Positions 1-8,617 of a stretch of DNA of 64,000 bases are shown here, one piece after another; positions within the stretch are counted from its first letter, which is position 1; each line of letters begins with the position of its first letter. A program made the position numbers and the translations under genes. The notes under the pieces were generated by a model. The model ran no database searches and was not told where the DNA came from. It saw nothing but the letters and a program-made list of their open reading frames with translations. The stretch is from an uncultured Gemmatimonadaceae bacterium (GTDB taxonomy: Bacteria; Gemmatimonadota; Gemmatimonadetes; Gemmatimonadales; Gemmatimonadaceae): the NCBI GenBank assembly GCA_963822945.1, contig CAWGJO010000004.1, forward strand, positions 64,001 to 128,000, written 5' to 3'.

Positions 1-399
1 GAGGCGAGCCGGGAGGCCGGCGCTGAGGCGCTCCGGCGCGCGCGCGAATCGCTGGCCTGCGGCGAGTACGCGGCGGCGCTCGAGGCGGGGCGGGCCGCGG
101 TCGAGACGCAGGGCACCGAGGCGCGGCTGGTGACCGCGCGCGCCCTCGTGAAACTGGAGCGCTACGCCGATGCCGCCGAGGAACTCCGGCGGGCCGTGTA
201 TGCCGACCCGCTCACCGCGCGCGTGCACCTCGACCTCGGGTTCGCCGCCGTGCGCACGGGCGAGTTCGCCACCGCGCGCGCGAGTTGGGAGCACTTTTTG
301 CGATTGGCATCCGGCGGGGCCGACGCCGCCCGCGCCCGCTCGGCACTCGACGCGCTCACCCGCCTCATGCACCTGCTGGAGGCGCACGCCGATGGCTGA
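1..399 (+). CDS. TPR-repeat protein, C-terminal part (5' end lies outside the window)
   Basis: Frame is open from base 1 to TGA 397-399. TPR-like helices ARALVKLERYADAAEELRRAVYADP / ARVHLDLGFAAVRTGEFATARASWEHFL. Stop overlaps the next ATG. Confidence 0.75.
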   Translation, partial: EASREAGAEALRRARESLACGEYAAALEAGRAAVETQGTEARLVTARALVKLERYADAAEELRRAVYADPLTARVHLDLGFAAVRTGEFATARASWEHFLRLASGGADAARARSALDALTRLMHLLEAHADG

Positions 400-1234
400 C
401 GACATCCGGCGGTGGAGCGAGGAGCTGGCGCGCGATCCGGGCAGCCTGGCGTTCCTGCTCCTCGGCGAGGCGCTGCGCCGCCAGGGCGACCTGGAGACCG
501 CGCAGCGTGTTGCCGTCCACGGCCTCAAGCGGCATCCGCACCACGCCGATGCGCACGACCTTCTGGCCCGCATCTACGCGGACCAGGGGCAGGTGGACCG
601 GGCGGCGGAGGAGTGGGAGATGACGCTCCGCATGACGCCGGAACATCCGGGAGCGCTCAAGGGGATGGCGTTCGTCTGCTTCCAGCGGCACCAGTTCGAG
701 GAAGCCGAGGACTACCTGCGTCGGGCGGCGCTGGGCGACGCGCCGGATTCGGGCATCCGGGCCGCGCTGGACACCGTGCGGCGCAACTCGACGGCCATCG
801 ACGCGTCCGAAGTCGAGGCGGCGGTGGATGCGGAGACCGATGCGGATCCCCAATTGGTGTTCGCGCGCATTCTCGAGACGGAAGACCGGACGGCGCTCCT
901 GCTCGACGGATCGGGATTGGTGCTCGCCGGCGCGTACCTGACCCCCGACGGCGACGATGTCGCGGCGGAGGTGGGGGCGCAGCTGAGCGGCGTGTCGGAG
1001 GAAGCCGACCGCGCGACGCGGCATCTCGGTATCGGCGAGTGGACGTCGATCGTGTTCGAGACGGAGGCCGCGGTGGTGGCCATGGCGCCGGCGGCCGACG
1101 GCGGGCTGCTCGTGCTCGCCGCCTCACGCGCGACGCCGCTGGGGCTGCTGCGGCGGCTGCTCGACCGGTGTGCCGAGCAGGCGCGCCGATGGATGGCGTG
1201 GCACGACGCGGGCCGGCCGGGGGACGGCGCATGA
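392..1234 (+). CDS. TPR + C-terminal Roadblock/LC7 (MglB-like) domain fusion protein
   Basis: ATG at 392 (MADDIRRW...). N-terminal TPRs (HADAHDLLARIY...AAEEWEMTLRMTPEHPGALKGMAF). C-terminal Roadblock pattern ALLLDGSGLVLAG...VGAQLSGVSEEADRATRHLGIGEWTSIVFETE...LLVLAA...LGLLR. Confidence 0.8.
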   Translation: MADDIRRWSEELARDPGSLAFLLLGEALRRQGDLETAQRVAVHGLKRHPHHADAHDLLARIYADQGQVDRAAEEWEMTLRMTPEHPGALKGMAFVCFQRHQFEEAEDYLRRAALGDAPDSGIRAALDTVRRNSTAIDASEVEAAVDAETDADPQLVFARILETEDRTALLLDGSGLVLAGAYLTPDGDDVAAEVGAQLSGVSEEADRATRHLGIGEWTSIVFETEAAVVAMAPAADGGLLVLAASRATPLGLLRRLLDRCAEQARRWMAWHDAGRPGDGA

Positions 1235-1578
1235 GTTCGCCGTTTCGGGAGATGCTGCATTCGCTCATGCGACTGCGTGGGGTGTTGGCCACCATGCTCG
1301 TGGACGAGCACGAGGGCATGATCATCGATTCGATACTGCAGGTCGGTCAGGACGGCGACCGCGTGGCGGCCCTCGCCGCGTCGCTCCACCGCAAGGCGCG
1401 CAAGTCGGCCGAGGCGGCGGGAATGGGTGGCGTCTCGTACATGCAACTCGATGCAGCGAGCGGGCGGATCTGCGCGGCGGGGCGCGGCACGATGGTGCTG
1501 GTGGTCGTCGCGGCGCCCACCGCCAACATCGGGCTGGTGCGGGTGGAGACACTCAAGGCCGTGCAGGCGCTGCCATGA
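1231..1578 (+). CDS. Roadblock/LC7 domain protein (MglB/MglC-like), 115 aa
   Basis: ATGA overlap at 1231. RGVLATMLVDEHEGMII...VAALAASL...MGGVSYMQLDAASGRI...LVVVA...NIGLVR fits the Roadblock consensus. Confidence 0.85.
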   Translation: MSSPFREMLHSLMRLRGVLATMLVDEHEGMIIDSILQVGQDGDRVAALAASLHRKARKSAEAAGMGGVSYMQLDAASGRICAAGRGTMVLVVVAAPTANIGLVRVETLKAVQALP

Positions 1579-2051
1579 CCATCCGCGTCGTCGAACCCTG
1601 GGTCGAAGCGCCGCTGAAGCGCTTCGTGGACGATGCCCGCGTGACGATTGCGCTGCTGCTGCTGCCGAGCGGACAGGTGCTCGCGGAGCACGGGTTCACG
1701 CGATCGCTCGACGTCGCCGCGGCCTGCGCGCTCGCGGCGGCCATCCACGCGTCGGGGGGCGAACTCGGCCGGATGCTCGACGGTCGCCCGTTCAGTGGGC
1801 TGCACCACGCGGGCCAGGACCGCCAGATCTTCCTGGGCGAGGCGCGGACGCCGCGGGGTACGTACATTTTCCTGACCGTCTTCGACCAGGAAAGCTCACT
1901 CGGGCTCGTTCGGCTGTATTTTGACGAATTCGTGGCGAACCTGAGTGCCGCGGCCCCCGAAGACAGCGGCGCCTCCTCCGACACCGTTCTCGCCGACACC
2001 TTCGAACGGGATCTCAACCGCAACCTGGCCGCCCTGTTCGGTCGGGCCTGA
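1575..2051 (+). CDS. mglB: MglB, Roadblock-family GAP of MglA, 158 aa
   Basis: ATGA overlap. ALLLLPSGQVLAEHG...ALAAAIHASGGELGRML...FSGLHHAG...FLTVFDQESSLGLVRL, plus a C-terminal helix FERDLNRNLAALFG. Sits directly upstream of mglA. Confidence 0.8.
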   Translation: MTIRVVEPWVEAPLKRFVDDARVTIALLLLPSGQVLAEHGFTRSLDVAAACALAAAIHASGGELGRMLDGRPFSGLHHAGQDRQIFLGEARTPRGTYIFLTVFDQESSLGLVRLYFDEFVANLSAAAPEDSGASSDTVLADTFERDLNRNLAALFGRA

Positions 2052-2071
2052 CCTCCACCTCCCATCGCTCC

Positions 2072-2677
2072 GTGCCGCTCGTCAACTACGCTACCCGCGA
2101 GATCACCTGCAAGATCGTCTACTACGGACCCGGCCGGTCCGGAAAGACGACCAACTTGCATCACATCTACGGGCAGGTGCCGGAAGACCGGAAGGGGAAG
2201 ATGGTGTCGCTGGCGACGCAGACCGACCGCACCCTGTTCTTCGATTTCCTGCCGCTCGATCTCGGCACGATCTCGGGGTTCACCACCAAATTCCAGCTCT
2301 ACACGGTGCCGGGGCAGGTATACTACCAGTCCACGCGGAAGCTGGTGCTGCAGGGGGCCGACGGCGTCGTGTTCGTGGCCGACAGCCAGACGCGCCAACT
2401 CGACGAGAACATCGAGAGCTTTCAGGACCTGCACGCGAACCTGGCGGATCAGGGCGTCGACGTGCGGGCGGTGCCCCTCGTGCTCCAGTACAACAAGCAG
2501 GATCTGCCGCGCGACCTGATCATGGCCACCGAGGAGTTGCGCGACGCGATCAACTTTCGCGGCGTTCCCGATTTTCCGGCCGATGCCCTGCACGGGCCGG
2601 GGGTGTTCGAGACCCTGCGGGGCATCTCGGAACTCGTGTTGAAGCGCCTGAGTTCTCCCTCACGTGCGGCGAGGTAG
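2072..2677 (+). CDS. mglA: MglA small Ras-like GTPase
   Basis: KIVYYGPGRSGKTTN (G1), TDRTLFFDFLP (catalytic Arg), LYTVPGQ (G3), YNKQD (G4): canonical MglA motifs. Confidence 0.95.
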   Translation: MPLVNYATREITCKIVYYGPGRSGKTTNLHHIYGQVPEDRKGKMVSLATQTDRTLFFDFLPLDLGTISGFTTKFQLYTVPGQVYYQSTRKLVLQGADGVVFVADSQTRQLDENIESFQDLHANLADQGVDVRAVPLVLQYNKQDLPRDLIMATEELRDAINFRGVPDFPADALHGPGVFETLRGISELVLKRLSSPSRAAR

Positions 2678-2680
2678 CGC

Positions 2681-4639
2681 GTGTCGTTGGACACCCGGAT
2701 GCGATTCGAGCACTTCGAGGCGGGCGCGGCCAATCACGAGGCCGTGTCCGCGGGGCGCGCCGTCGCCCGATCGCCGGGGCAGAAGCACAACCCGCTCACC
2801 TTCTTCGGGGTCGCGGGAGTCGGCAAGACGCATCTGATGCAGGCCATCGGGCATGCCGTGGTGGAAGCCCAGCCGGCCCTGCGCGTGGAGTATCAGACGG
2901 CGGACGAATTCGCGAAGCAGCTCCACGCCGCCGTCGCCGCCAGCCAGACCGACGAGTACATCCGGGGATGGGCGCGCGTGGACGTCCTGCTGCTGGATGA
3001 CATCCAGGGGCTCGCCGACCAGCGCGAGGCGCAGTCGGAGCTGCTGCGGCTGCTCGAGGCGATGCAGAGCATGGAGCGCCAGGTGGTGATGACCAGCGAC
3101 CGTCCGCCGGCCGAGATCGCGGGGTTCGATCCCGCCCTGGTCTCGCGGATCGCCGGCGGCCGGATCGTGGAGATCGGCGCGCCGGACGCTGCGACGCGCG
3201 TGGCGATTCTCAGGGCACGGTGCCGGGAGCGGGACGTGATCCTGGAGCCGGGCGTGGTGGAGGAGATCGGGCGCATCGAGACCGGCAACGTGCGCGAGCT
3301 GCACGGACTGCTCCATCGCATCGTCGACTTCCAGTCGCTGGGCGACGAGCCGGTGCACGCCGACGACGTGCTGACTCTGCTCGACCACGCGCCCGAAGCG
3401 CGGGCGGCAGTGGGCGACTCGGCGCCGTCCGCGGCCACGGGTGCCCTCGATTTCGAGAGCTTCCTCACCGACATCGCGAGCGCCGTGACGGCGCACGTCG
3501 AAGGGTGGAAGTCGCACGTGGCCGAGGCCGTGGCGGGGTGGCAGTCGGCGGGATACCGCACCAAGGTGCTGGAGCGGCTGCTGGACGAGCCGTCGCCGCC
3601 CCCCAACTACGAGGCCCTGCTGCGCGGATTCGGCGCCACGGTTCGCCGGCTCAAGGAGCTGGAGTCCGAGGCCGTCGAGGCCGATCCGTCGGTGGCCGGC
3701 CACGACGTGTTCCGCGACCCCGAGCGCATGCGCGAGGCCGAGGCCATGGTGCAGCGCGCGCGGGCGGGCGCCGTGGACCTGCCCGGCCCCTCGGTGGAGT
3801 TCTCACGCGCCGGGTTCGAGGTCGGCAAGTCGAATCAGGCGGCCGTGCGTGCGGCCGACGCCGTGGCGGCCGAACCGGGCAGCCGGTACAACCCCCTGGT
3901 GATCATCGGTCCCGGCGGGACGGGGAAGACGCACCTGCTCAACGCGCTCGGCCACGAATTGGTGAACGCCAGCGGAGGCGCGGCCGCGGTGGCGTGCGTG
4001 ACCGGCCAGCAGTTCGCCGACGAGTTCATCGCCGCGCTGCGCGACGGCACGCTCAATCAGTGGCGCCGGCGGTACCGGCGCGTGGACGCGCTGCTGATGG
4101 ACGACCTCCAGGCGGTGGCCGGGAAGGAGCGCACCCAGGACGAGGTGTTCGAGCTGTTCGGCGACCTGCTCGACGCCGGCAAGCAGATCGCGTGCACGGC
4201 GGCGCAGCTGCCTCGGGACATGACCGGCCTCGACGAGCGCCTCCGCGTACGGTTCGAGGGCGGGCTCGTGGTGGAGTTGGCGCCTCCGGACGTCGCGATG
4301 CGCGAGCAGTTGTACCGGCGGTTCCTGGACGGGGTGGCCGCCGATCAACTCGACCCGCTGGCGCGCTACCTCGCGTCGCGGCCCGCCGCCGGCGTACCCG
4401 ACATCATCGACACGATCCATCGGCTGTCCGTATCGGCCGACGCGGTGGGGGCGCCGCTGTCGTTGGACGTGGCGCGGCGGGAACTCGAGGGGCCGGAGCC
4501 CGTGGCGGCCCGGATGCCGACGCCGGTGAGCGCCGCGCCGGTGGTCCGCGCGGCCAGTGACATGTTCTTCCTGGACGACGAGAAGGTGGTCTGGGAGTTG
4601 CGCGATGTCGCGTCGCGCGTGGTCGAGGAGCTGGGCTAG
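2681..4639 (+). CDS. Protein with two tandem DnaA-domain-III-like AAA+ modules; lacks DnaA domains I and IV
   Basis: Module 1: FEHFEAGAAN..NPLTFFGVAGVGKTHL..LLLDDIQ..TSDRPP..LVSRI..NVRELHG. Module 2: FEVGKSN..YNPLVIIGPGGTGKTHLL..LLMDDLQ..KERTQDE..DERLRVRF. No HTH/DHTT domain IV. Confidence 0.88.
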   Translation: MSLDTRMRFEHFEAGAANHEAVSAGRAVARSPGQKHNPLTFFGVAGVGKTHLMQAIGHAVVEAQPALRVEYQTADEFAKQLHAAVAASQTDEYIRGWARVDVLLLDDIQGLADQREAQSELLRLLEAMQSMERQVVMTSDRPPAEIAGFDPALVSRIAGGRIVEIGAPDAATRVAILRARCRERDVILEPGVVEEIGRIETGNVRELHGLLHRIVDFQSLGDEPVHADDVLTLLDHAPEARAAVGDSAPSAATGALDFESFLTDIASAVTAHVEGWKSHVAEAVAGWQSAGYRTKVLERLLDEPSPPPNYEALLRGFGATVRRLKELESEAVEADPSVAGHDVFRDPERMREAEAMVQRARAGAVDLPGPSVEFSRAGFEVGKSNQAAVRAADAVAAEPGSRYNPLVIIGPGGTGKTHLLNALGHELVNASGGAAAVACVTGQQFADEFIAALRDGTLNQWRRRYRRVDALLMDDLQAVAGKERTQDEVFELFGDLLDAGKQIACTAAQLPRDMTGLDERLRVRFEGGLVVELAPPDVAMREQLYRRFLDGVAADQLDPLARYLASRPAAGVPDIIDTIHRLSVSADAVGAPLSLDVARRELEGPEPVAARMPTPVSAAPVVRAASDMFFLDDEKVVWELRDVASRVVEELG

Positions 4640-4640
4640 C

Positions 4641-6257
4641 ATGGCCATCAAGGGCAGCTTGAAGGAGGCCAGCCTCCCCGACGTGCTCCAGCTCCTGGCG
4701 ATGGGCCGGAAGACCGGGTGTCTGAGCGTCAACCACCGGACGAACTTCGGCTACATCTATTTCGACAAGGGGCGCATTTCGTACGCGTCGATCGTGAACC
4801 GGCGGGACCGGTTGGGCGACATGCTGGTGAAGAACGGCATCATCTCCGCCGAGCAGCTCAAGTCGGCCATCGAGGCCCAGGATCAGGAGCGCGAGCGGCG
4901 CATCGGCGAACTGCTGGTGGAGATGGGCTACCTGTCGCGCGACGCGCTGCGCCAGCACATCCGCGAGCAGATCGAGGAGGCGGTGTACTTCCTGTTCACC
5001 TGGAATCAGGGCTCGTTCAACTTCGAGGCCGACGTCCAGCCGGACGAGCAGGAATTCCTGGTGTCGATCAATCCCGAGTCGCTGCTGCTCGAAGGCGCGC
5101 GACGCGTGGACGAGTGGACGCTCGTCGAGAAGAAGATTCCCACGTTCGACATCGTGTTCGAGGTCGATCGGCCGAAGATCCTGGCCAGCGACCTCGATCT
5201 GACGCCGGAGCAGCGGGGGCTGCTGGAGCTGGTCGACGGCCGGCGGGACGTGCAGCAGATCATCGACGCCTCGGGCATGGGCGAGTTCGAAGTGGGGAAG
5301 GTGCTGTACGGCCTCGCCACCACCGGCTTCCTGCACCGCATCGGCACGTCGAAGGCCGGGGACGCCCAGGTGTCGGAAGCCCGGGTGCAGGAGCACTACA
5401 ACCTCGGCGTCGCGTTCTACAAGACGGGGATGTTCGACGAAGCGGTGCGCGAGTTCCGCCGCGTGATGGACCTCAAGCCCAACGACCCGTCGGCGCAGTT
5501 CTACCTCGGGCTGGTGCAGCTGCGCCAGGAACGGTGGCACGATGCGCTGGCGACGTTCGAGGCCGCGGTGGCGCGCCCCGGCGCCACCGCCGCGGTGTAT
5601 CACAACCTCGCGTACGCACTCGAGCGGCTGGGGCGCCTGGCCGAGGCGCAGCGGGCGCTGCAGGAGGCGTCGGCCCGCAGTCAGGGGGCCAGCCCGCAGA
5701 TCGAGACCTCGATCGGCATCGTCGCGCTGCGCTCCGGCGATCTGGCGGCCGCTGACGAGGCGCTGACGGCCGCGCGGCCGCTGTGGCCCCGGGCGCCGTC
5801 GGCGGCCTGGTATCACTATGCGGCGCTCACGGCGGCGCTGCTCGGCGACCTCGGGCGTGCCCAGACCATTCTCGACGAAGCGGTGGGCGCGCATCCGCAC
5901 AGCGCCGTGCTCTACAACAATCTCGCCGTGGTGCGCGAACGCCAGAACGCCGGCGAGGCGGCGGCGGCGGCGCTCGACCGGGCGCTGTCGGAGGATCCCT
6001 CCGTGCCGCAGGTGCACAAGAACCTTGGCGACGTGGCCTACCGCGCCGGGCGGTTCGACGAGGCGCTCGAGTCGTACCAGCGCGCCATCAAAGCGAAGCC
6101 GGATCTCGGGGACGACGTCTACCTCAAGCTCGGGAACATCAAGTTCCGCCAGCAGCAGAAGGAGGAGGCGCTGCGGCTCTGGCAGCGCGCGCTCGAACTC
6201 GATCCCACCAACGCCATCGTGCGCACCAACCTCGACGCCGTGCGGCAGGCGCTGTGA
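4641..6257 (+). CDS. DUF4388 (PatA_N-like) + MshEN-type motif + TPR repeat protein
   Basis: ATG 4641. GSLKEASLPDVLQLLAMGRKTG..IYFDKGRI..FLFTWNQGSFNF..LLLEGARRVDEW (DUF4388). Tandem RLG/RIG..L...G......L...(I)..Q motifs. Many TPRs in the C-terminal half (HYNLGVAFY, YHNLAYAL, YNNLAVV, HKNLGDV, YLKLGNI). Confidence 0.85.
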   Translation: MAIKGSLKEASLPDVLQLLAMGRKTGCLSVNHRTNFGYIYFDKGRISYASIVNRRDRLGDMLVKNGIISAEQLKSAIEAQDQERERRIGELLVEMGYLSRDALRQHIREQIEEAVYFLFTWNQGSFNFEADVQPDEQEFLVSINPESLLLEGARRVDEWTLVEKKIPTFDIVFEVDRPKILASDLDLTPEQRGLLELVDGRRDVQQIIDASGMGEFEVGKVLYGLATTGFLHRIGTSKAGDAQVSEARVQEHYNLGVAFYKTGMFDEAVREFRRVMDLKPNDPSAQFYLGLVQLRQERWHDALATFEAAVARPGATAAVYHNLAYALERLGRLAEAQRALQEASARSQGASPQIETSIGIVALRSGDLAAADEALTAARPLWPRAPSAAWYHYAALTAALLGDLGRAQTILDEAVGAHPHSAVLYNNLAVVRERQNAGEAAAAALDRALSEDPSVPQVHKNLGDVAYRAGRFDEALESYQRAIKAKPDLGDDVYLKLGNIKFRQQQKEEALRLWQRALELDPTNAIVRTNLDAVRQAL

Positions 6258-7081
6258 TGACGGTCGCCGAGCCGCAGGACGAGGACTTTCAGGCCCTGCT
6301 CGACAAGATCTCGCGCGATCGGGGATTTCACTGCGCCAGCTACAAGGCCACCTGCCTGCGCCGCCGGGTCGGGGTGCGCATGCGGGCACGCGGGCTGCAC
6401 CGCTACGTGGACTATGCGGGCCTGCTCGATGCCGACCTGGGGGAATACGACCTGCTGCTCGACGCGCTGACGATCAACGTCACGAAGCTGTTCCGGAATC
6501 CCGAGGTGTACCACGCCATGCTGCGCGACGTGGTGCCGGTGGTGTGGGACGCCGCGCCGTCGCGAATTCGGGTGTGGAGCGCCGGATGCGCGTCGGGCGA
6601 GGAGCCGTATTCGCTGGCCGCCCTGTTCCACCTGCACGCGGCGGCGCGTGGCGAACTCCACCGGCTGCCGCGCGTGGAGATTCTGGGCACCGACATCGAC
6701 CGGCGCAGCCTGGCGGCGGCGGAGTGCGGCGAGTTCGAGGAGCGCGATTTCAGCGAGACGCCCGAGGCCTGGCGGTCCGCGTATTTCGCGCCCGCGGCGC
6801 CGTTCACGGTGGTCCCCGAGTTGCGCCGGCTGGTGAAGTTCCGCCAGCATGATCTACTGCGCGAGCCCCCGCCGCAGGGCGAGCACGACTTGATCGTGTG
6901 CCGAAATGCGATCATCTACTTCGATCGGGTGTCGCAGGAGCGGCTGTTCGAATCCTTTTACTCGGCGTTGGCCCCCGGAGGGTTCCTGGTACTCGGCAAG
7001 GTGGAAACGCTCTTCGGTCGTGCGCGGCAACTCTTCCGTCCCGTGGACGCTCGCGAACGGATCTTCGTGCGGCCCGCATGA
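6257..7081 (+). CDS. cheR: Chemotaxis protein-glutamate O-methyltransferase CheR
   Basis: TGATG overlap. LTINVTKLFRN, RVWSAGCASGEEPYSLA, GTDID, DLIVCRNAIIYFD, LAPGGFLVLG. Confidence 0.92.
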   Translation: MTVAEPQDEDFQALLDKISRDRGFHCASYKATCLRRRVGVRMRARGLHRYVDYAGLLDADLGEYDLLLDALTINVTKLFRNPEVYHAMLRDVVPVVWDAAPSRIRVWSAGCASGEEPYSLAALFHLHAAARGELHRLPRVEILGTDIDRRSLAAAECGEFEERDFSETPEAWRSAYFAPAAPFTVVPELRRLVKFRQHDLLREPPPQGEHDLIVCRNAIIYFDRVSQERLFESFYSALAPGGFLVLGKVETLFGRARQLFRPVDARERIFVRPA

Positions 7082-7560
7082 GCGAGCAACGCGTCGGGAT
7101 CGCCGATCTCGCGGTCGCCGCGGGGGAGGGAACGCTCTGCACGCTCGGGCTCGGGTCGTGCGTGGCGATCGTGCTCTACGACGCGGAGGCGCGGGTGGGC
7201 GGGCTGGCGCACGTCCTGTTGCCCGAGCCGGGCATGTCGCGCCTGCACGACAACCCGGCGCGCTTCCCGGAGACCGCCGTGCCCGCCCTCATCGCACGGA
7301 TGCGGGAGCTCGGCGCCGATCCGGCCCGGATGACGGCCCGCCTCGTGGGCGGGGCCAGCATGTTCTCCAGTCTGCTGCCCCGCGGCACGCCGACCATCGG
7401 CGGGCGCAACGTCGACTCCTCGCGGCAGGCCCTGCAGCGGGCCGGCATCACGATTGCCGGCGAGGACGTGGGGATGGAGCACGGGCGCAGCGTCTATCTG
7501 CACATCGCCGATGGCCAGGTCGAAGTGCGCTCGCTCGCGCGAGGGAGTCGTGTCCTCTAA
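7078..7560 (+). CDS. cheD: Chemoreceptor glutamine deamidase CheD
   Basis: VGIAD..TLGLGSCVAIVLYD..GGLAHVLLP (catalytic Cys/His), ARLVGGASMF, IGGRN, EDVG..GRSV. Confidence 0.93.
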   Translation: MSEQRVGIADLAVAAGEGTLCTLGLGSCVAIVLYDAEARVGGLAHVLLPEPGMSRLHDNPARFPETAVPALIARMRELGADPARMTARLVGGASMFSSLLPRGTPTIGGRNVDSSRQALQRAGITIAGEDVGMEHGRSVYLHIADGQVEVRSLARGSRVL

Positions 7561-8617
7561 GCCCTCCGTCCTGGTGGTGGACGACAGCGCGCTCATGCGG
7601 CGCGTGATCGCGGAGCTGGTCACCGAATCGGAGGAGTTCACCGTGGTCGGCGTGGCGCGGAACGGGCGGGAGGCGATTGCCCACGTGCTGGCGCTCAACC
7701 CCGACCTCGTGACACTCGACATCGAGATGCCGGAGATGGACGGGCTGCAGGCGCTGGCGCAGATCATGCGCGATGCTCCCCGCCCGGTGGTGATGCTGAG
7801 CGGGGCCGAGACGATGGATGGGCGCGATGCCGCGCTGCGCGCGCTGGAACTCGGCGCCGTGGACTTCGTGCGCAAGCCGTCGGGCCCCATCAGCCTCGAC
7901 CTCGCCGTGGTGGGCGAGCGGTTGCGGGGCGCGCTCCGGGCCGCCGCGCAGGCGAACCTGCGCGGCCTGCAGACGCCGGTACGGCGCCCCGGCACGGGAC
8001 GCCGCGGGGGCGTGCGGCCGGCCGCGTCCCGACCCAGGCGCGCCGTGGCGATCGCGGCCTCGACCGGCGGCCCGCGCGCGCTCACGCAGGTCCTGCCGGG
8101 GCTGCCGGCGGCTCTCGACGCCGCGGTGCTCGTGGTGCAGCACATGCCGCCCGGGTTCACGCGCAGCCTGGCGCAGCGGCTCGACGCGATGGGGCCGCTG
8201 CCGGTGCACGAGGCCGAGGCGGGTCAGATCGTCCAGAGCGGGCATGTATACGTGGCGCCGGGCGGCAAGCACATGCGCGTGGCCGACGACGCCCAACCGG
8301 TGATCGTGCTCGACGAGACGCCGCCCGTGTGGGGCGTGCGACCGGCGGCCGATCCGCTCTTCCGGTCGGTGGCGGCCCTGTTCGGCGAGCGGTGCGTGGG
8401 GGTGGTACTCACCGGCATGGGGCGCGACGGCGCCGACGGGCTGCGGGCCATTCGCGATGCGGGGGGCCGCCGCGTCGTGCAGGACCGGGACACCTCGATC
8501 ATCTACGGCATGCCGCACGCCGCCCTGGAGGCCGCGGGCGCCGATCGCGTGGCGCCGCTGGCGAGCGTCGCGGCCGCCATCGTCGCGCTGCTGGCCACGG
8601 CGGGTGAGCCGGCGTGA
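7550..8617 (+). CDS. cheB: Chemotaxis response regulator protein-glutamate methylesterase CheB
   Basis: GTG 7550. Receiver VLVVDDSALMR..TLDIEMPEMDG..DFVRKP. Esterase triad motifs ASTGGP, QHMPP, TGMGRDG. Confidence 0.95.
   Translation: MSSKPSVLVVDDSALMRRVIAELVTESEEFTVVGVARNGREAIAHVLALNPDLVTLDIEMPEMDGLQALAQIMRDAPRPVVMLSGAETMDGRDAALRALELGAVDFVRKPSGPISLDLAVVGERLRGALRAAAQANLRGLQTPVRRPGTGRRGGVRPAASRPRRAVAIAASTGGPRALTQVLPGLPAALDAAVLVVQHMPPGFTRSLAQRLDAMGPLPVHEAEAGQIVQSGHVYVAPGGKHMRVADDAQPVIVLDETPPVWGVRPAADPLFRSVAALFGERCVGVVLTGMGRDGADGLRAIRDAGGRRVVQDRDTSIIYGMPHAALEAAGADRVAPLASVAAAIVALLATAGEPA

Noticed and set aside
2681..4639. Calling this gene dnaA or hda
   Set aside because: It has two ATPase modules, no domain I or IV, no clamp-binding motif, and no dnaN/recF/gyrB context.
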